Below are positions 59,249-64,000 of a stretch of 64,000 bases of DNA, one piece after another. Both the position numbers and the translations under genes were made by a program. Source of the stretch: Veleropilina oligotropha (lineage: Eukaryota). The stretch is from the NCBI GenBank assembly GCA_048128005.1, contig JBEUKZ010000054.1, positions 806,001 through 870,000 on the forward strand, given 5' to 3'. Each line of letters starts with the position of its first letter. The first letter of the stretch is position 1. The notes beneath the pieces were generated by a model. It had not been told where the DNA came from. It did not search any database and saw only the letters and a program-made list of their open reading frames with translations.

Positions 59249-60050
59249 GAGTGTCGACCCACAGTGTGCCGAGCCGTGGATTAGACCCCACTCCTGTTGA
59301 GTGTTGACCCACAGTGTGCCGAGCCATGGATTAGACCCCACTCCTGATGAGTGTCGACCCACAGTGTGCCGAGCCGTGGATTAGACCCCACTCCTGTTGA
59401 GTGTTGACCCACAGTGTGCCGAGCTGTGGATTAGACCCCACTCCTGATGAGTGTTGACCCACAGTGTGCCGAGCCTTGGATTAGACCCCACTCCTGTTGA
59501 GTGTTGACCCACAGTGTGCCGAGCCGTGGATTAGACCCCACTCCTGATGAGTGTTGACCCACAGTGTGCCGAGCCTTGGATTAGACCCCACTCCTGTTGA
59601 GTGTTGACCCACAGTGTGCCGAGCCATGGATTAGACCCCACTCCTGATGAGTGTTGACTCTCAGTGTGCCGAGCTGTGGATTAGACCCCACTCCTGATGA
59701 GTGTTGACCCACAGTGTGCCGAGCCGTGGATTAGACCCCACTCCTGTTGAGTGTTGACCCACAGTGTGCCGAGCTGTGGATTAGACCCCACTCCTGATGA
59801 GTGTTGACCCACAGTGTGCCGAGCCGTGGATTAGACCCCACTCCTGTTGAGTGTTGACCCACAGTGTGCCGAGCCATGGATTAGACCCCACTCCTGATGA
59901 GTGTTGACTCTCAGTGTGCCGAGCCGTGAATTAGACCCAACTCCTGATGAGTGTTGACCCTCGGTGTGCCGAGCCGTGGATTAGACCCCACTCCTGTTGA
60001 GTGTTGACCCACAGTGTGCCGAGCCATGGATTAGACCCCACTCCTGTTGA
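59249..60050. repeat. 50-bp minisatellite, 16 copies
   Basis: Unit GAGTGTTGACCCACAGTGTGCCGAGCCGTGGATTAGACCCCACTCCTGWT. Confidence 0.95.
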
Positions 60051-60068
60051 AGCATTACATTGGGAGCA

Positions 60069-60267
60069 ACATGACCACTGGGAAGCCTGTAGTATTAACT
60101 ACAGGTACATGACCACTGGGCAGCCTGTAGTATTAACTACAGGTACATGACCACTGGGCAGCCTGTAGTATTAACTACAGGTACATGACCACTGGGCAGC
60201 CTGTAGTATTAACTACAGATACATGACCACTGGGCAGCCTGTAGTATTAACTACAGGTACATGACCA
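60069..60267. repeat. 38-bp tandem repeat x5 with internal hairpin
   Basis: Unit ACATGACCACTGGGCAGCCTGTAGTATTAACTACAGGT. Confidence 0.92.
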
Positions 60268-60767
60268 TCAGAGACAGTTTGCGAGGCTATATGTTTATAT
60301 GTAGCTTCCTCATTAAGTATACAGTATACATTAGGAAGCATCATGTGTATCATTAACTGTTGCCATCAATAGTTCCTGGTTATATATATATATTCTCAAA
60401 ATTAATGTATATCTAGTGCATATAATGCAAATTAATTATTATGAATACAGGGTGACACTACCTTAATAAGGACAGCCTCCTTCTGGCTTAAGTGTCATCC
60501 TTTCTTTTCGTTGCATGTACAATAATCACTACTTCTTTTAACTTCATATAATTATGTAACTACAATGTACTGTATTTGAAAAGAAAAATAAATTACTAGA
60601 CTATTACTATGTAATTCAACATTGGCGGATGGAGACATTTGCAAGTGTATCCACATTGCCTTTATTTTTCATTCATACTTGCATAAACCATAAGTATTCT
60701 TGTTTTACACAAGATTATCTTTCTGTCTGCAGCCTCGCCCCAGCTAACTGTATCTTTCTCTCTGCAG

Positions 60768-60991
60768 CCTCGCCCCAGCTAACTGTATTGCCGGAGAGTA
60801 CAGTCTGGGCAGCGCCACAGCTTGCATATCGTGCCCGGCGGGTTATGAATGCCCGAACGTTAACCAGCCGCCCGACGTGTGCATCCCGGGAACTTACTCT
60901 ACTGGTGGTCAAACGTCTTGTACTATCTGCTCTGCAGGTTTCGAATGCCCATCCACCATCACCGCCACCGACATCGCGGCGTGCGGCACAG
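60768..60991 (+). CDS. Exon 17 (last visible), Cys-rich repeat protein
   Basis: tctgcag|LAPANCIAGEYSLGSATACISCPAGYECPNVNQPPDVCIPGTYSTGGQTSCTICSAGFEC...CGT|gtacg. Confidence 0.92.
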
Positions 60992-61029
60992 GTACGTCAT
61001 ATGCAGCTCCTATATACTAATCTTGTATA

Positions 61030-61145
61030 CAGTGGATTCCGCTTATTAGCATAGCGAGATTGTCACGATTATTTATGCGATTATCCGGATTATGCGTTTA
61101 ACCGTTTTAACCATTCGGTAAATTTCAGAAATTGTTTGTCGCCGG
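61030..61145. mobile_element. Left end of a pogo/Tigger-like element interrupted by Ginger
   Basis: TA|CAGTGGATTCCGCTTATT terminus; other end not in the window. Confidence 0.45.
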
Positions 61146-64000
61146 TGTGAGATGAGATTTTCACCCCCATGGAATATTCACCCCCGGGTGAATATTTCAT
61201 AGCGAAATCTTCACCCCCCTATGAAATTTTCACCCCCCGTGCAATTTCATGATGAAAGTTGCTGGGTGCTTTAACCTTGAGAGGTGGATTAATTATATTG
61301 ATTTTCATCAAAAGCGATCTACATTTCACTAACTTCTGGCCCATGTTTGAAATCATCAAAATTTGTTTCCGCATGAAAACAACAAAATTATTAATGATGA
61401 AACTAGCTACGTGTGTCTACCAAGGAACATGATGGAATCATATTCATTTCACTGATTTTGTTCCACAATTCACCACCTTCTAGTCTTTGTTCCAAAAAAA
61501 TCTATAACTTCCAGAAATTTGGTTTCAGATTGCCACCTCAATTTATACGTAATGTATGAATTGAGTGTTAGTTGTTTATTACGGACAACTGTGTTTGATA
61601 ACGCAAACCTTGCCTTTGATATGATTCGAATGGGACAGTTTGACCAGGTGGATATGCAGCTGAATGTCCTGGGTTCAAACCCTGGAAATGCCAGGGCATT
61701 GTCCCATGATTGTGGTCTCCATTGCAAACAGCATTAATTCATTTCATCACTCAAAGTTGATTAATCCGATTTAAGACTGAAATGTGTTTGTGTGGTCATT
61801 AACGACAGCAAAGGAGTAGCCAGAAATTTTAAATGCAGTATCGAAATATAATAAATATTAACAGGTAAATTTGGGGAATTTTACGGTGTGAAACCCCTCT
61901 CCTGCATTCTGAGAGTGCAAATGCTATATATTCTACTAACATTTATGAACCATTTGTGAAACGGGCCCCAAGTAATTACATGCAAATAGGAAAGGGGATC
62001 TATTATAATAATGATTATATGAAATGAGCAAAGAATAACATGTACTAACTTTTATATAGCATGAACAGAATAATGTACAACACTCAGCAAACAATTAATT
62101 ATATCAGAGACTTACAATTGCTATGCTGAAAGGTATGTCATAAATTTCTCTGCACACCTAGCTCAGGTTCAAAATAACAAAGTTATATGATATATATGGC
62201 ATATGTATTTTTTGGCAACCTTGGATTAAAGCTTAGAGATGCTCCAAGCATTGCATTAAATGTTATATACAGGCTCAAAATGATGACTGACATTTGAAAT
62301 ATACATTTTGTTCTGTGACTTAACTAAACTAGAAAGAGGCTGAACCACAGGTAATGCGGCACATTTAAGCCATTTGTATGTCCAATTGCCAGCTTGATCT
62401 CGGTTATAAGGAGAAAATACATAAATGTCAGTTGCGAGGAAATTGGCAGTTGCAAAGATTTCGACCTCGGTTGCCCATTCGCCTGTTTGATGCATGGAGC
62501 TGTTGGATGCGTAACTTTCGCTGCTGGTTACGCTGCTTATTTTAGCATCGTTCTCAGCTGTATAATCTGTCACCAATTTGCGAAGGACTTTGTGTCCTGA
62601 TTGGCATCCTGTTATCAAGTGGCTCAAACTTAGTCAAAGTGCGAAAGTAGAAGTTTCCGTCAGGCCTGATTGTAGCTTTATTTGCCGGTGGAGCAACAAC
62701 GGAGCATTCATGTGCCTTTACACCATCGTGGTATTTGCGCACCTTCAAACCAAGTATTTGGGCTCTGTCTTGTTGCCACTCTTTATCAATGGAGTTGAAC
62801 ATAACTGTCTCCACTGTCTCAGTGTTGATAATTTCACAGTCATTGTCCGTTTGGGGGGATTGACCATCTGTATTGCGGGATTGGCCATCTGTATTGAGGG
62901 ATTGGCCATCTGTTTCAATAACATGATTGAAGTCGGTGTTCCGTGTCTTCTGCCTCTTCCTAGGATTAGTGGCGTCCACCGAGGAATCATTGTATGGTTT
63001 CACACGAAGGACGTTGGTTAGGGTTTTCCTACCTTTCAGTTTTAGTAGTCCTTTTTCCATCACACTCTCTACTGCATAAGGGCCAACCCAACGAGGAGCT
63101 AATTTGTCACCTTTTCTGTTAATCCTCCGAGAGTTATTGACCAGAACTTGGTCACCAATATTGTAGGAGGAGGGTTCATGGAGTTTATCAAAGTACTGTT
63201 TCTGTTTGACTTGCGCTGCCTCAGTGTTAGATTTGGCTTCATGTTGATGTTTGAAGAGTGACGCGACATTCCTTATGCGATTGTTGATTGCAGTCTGGAA
63301 GTCTAGCGAACATTCTTGCATCTCACCTACAGAGTACTTATCTTCGATGAAGAGTTTGGGTTTCTTTCCAAATGCCAAAAAGAAGGGAGTGTGCTTGGTT
63401 GATTTTTGGCTTGATGTTCGGTAGGCTAGGAGAACTGGATCGATGAAGCAGTCCCAATCATCTTGGTTCTCGTTAACGTACTTCACAATGGAATTCACCA
63501 GGGTCTGGTTGAATCTCTCTGTTAAACCATTGGCTTGCGGATGGTATGCTGTTGTCCGACGATGATCAATGCCTAATCGATTACATAGTTCACTGTTGAC
63601 TTTATTGCAAAATTCCCTGCCTTGATCTGTTATAAGGACATTAACAGAACTGTAACGACACACAACCTTCATGATAAATTTAGCAATCACATTCGCTTCC
63701 TTGCATGGTATAGCTTCTGCCTCAGGCCATTTTGTGAGGTAATCTGTCAACACTACGATGTACTTATTTCCTGATGACGTCTCTGGAAATGGTCCAACCA
63801 AATCCATCCCAAACTGAGTGAAGCTATCATCAGGTGGAGGTATGGGGTGCAACTCTGCCGGTGTCTTCCGCAAGTGATTTATTCTTTGACATTTGTCACA
63901 AAAACCTGCAAGTAGAGTATATGTGGAACATTAAGTAAAGATTAGTGTATCCTTGGTGTTGACAAATATTACCTTTAACTATGTTGCTTTTAAAGTTTAA
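61146..64000 (-). mobile_element. Ginger1-type DNA transposon (Gypsy-like integrase plus OTU), truncated by window edge
   Basis: CCGG|TGTGAG terminus with TTCACCCCC subterminal repeats; integrase gene with an apparent intron; no RT visible. Confidence 0.72.
62256..63905 (-). CDS. DDE (rve) integrase/transposase with GPY/F motif and C-terminal OTU-like domain (frameshifted)
   Basis: CDKCQR (Zn finger half), GMDLVGP, LITDQGREF, YHPQANGLTERFN, KLAPRWVGPY; then IRPDGNFYFR / LSHLITG...EWATEVEI...HHFEPV; acceptor ttgcag| at 63905. Confidence 0.82.

Overview
Metazoan (probably marine invertebrate) genomic DNA, not prokaryotic. One + strand host gene spans the window: 17 GT-AG exons (2373-60991, 2778 nt, about 926 codons, all splice phases compatible, start and stop outside the window). 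It encodes a giant Cys-rich protein built from CPAGxY..C..CPAG..C (GCC2/GCC3, Ephrin_rec_like-type) repeats. The introns hold two full-length DIRS-type tyrosine-recombinase retrotransposons (16433-23826, 44197-51509; ITRs, ICR, gag, RT-RNaseH-MT, YR), a two-gene PIF/Harbinger transposon (27681-32030) with a nested SINE and hAT-like MITE, the end of a Ginger1-type integrase+OTU transposon (61146 onward), three SINE families, Helentron-associated (HINE-like) elements, MITEs and many minisatellites, including a 10-kb array of 46-bp units. The most unusual signal is that the gene's own splice sites have been repeatedly duplicated. A SINE inserted into the first codons of exon 7 and appears to have been rescued because its TSD re-created the AG and its (TTCC)n tail supplied a pyrimidine tract. 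The older acceptor was amplified about 215-fold into the 10-kb satellite. Three other exons also have tandemly duplicated acceptors or donors. Most long ORFs in the supplied track outside the transposons are repeat artefacts. All calls are from reading the sequence by eye; no database search was run.
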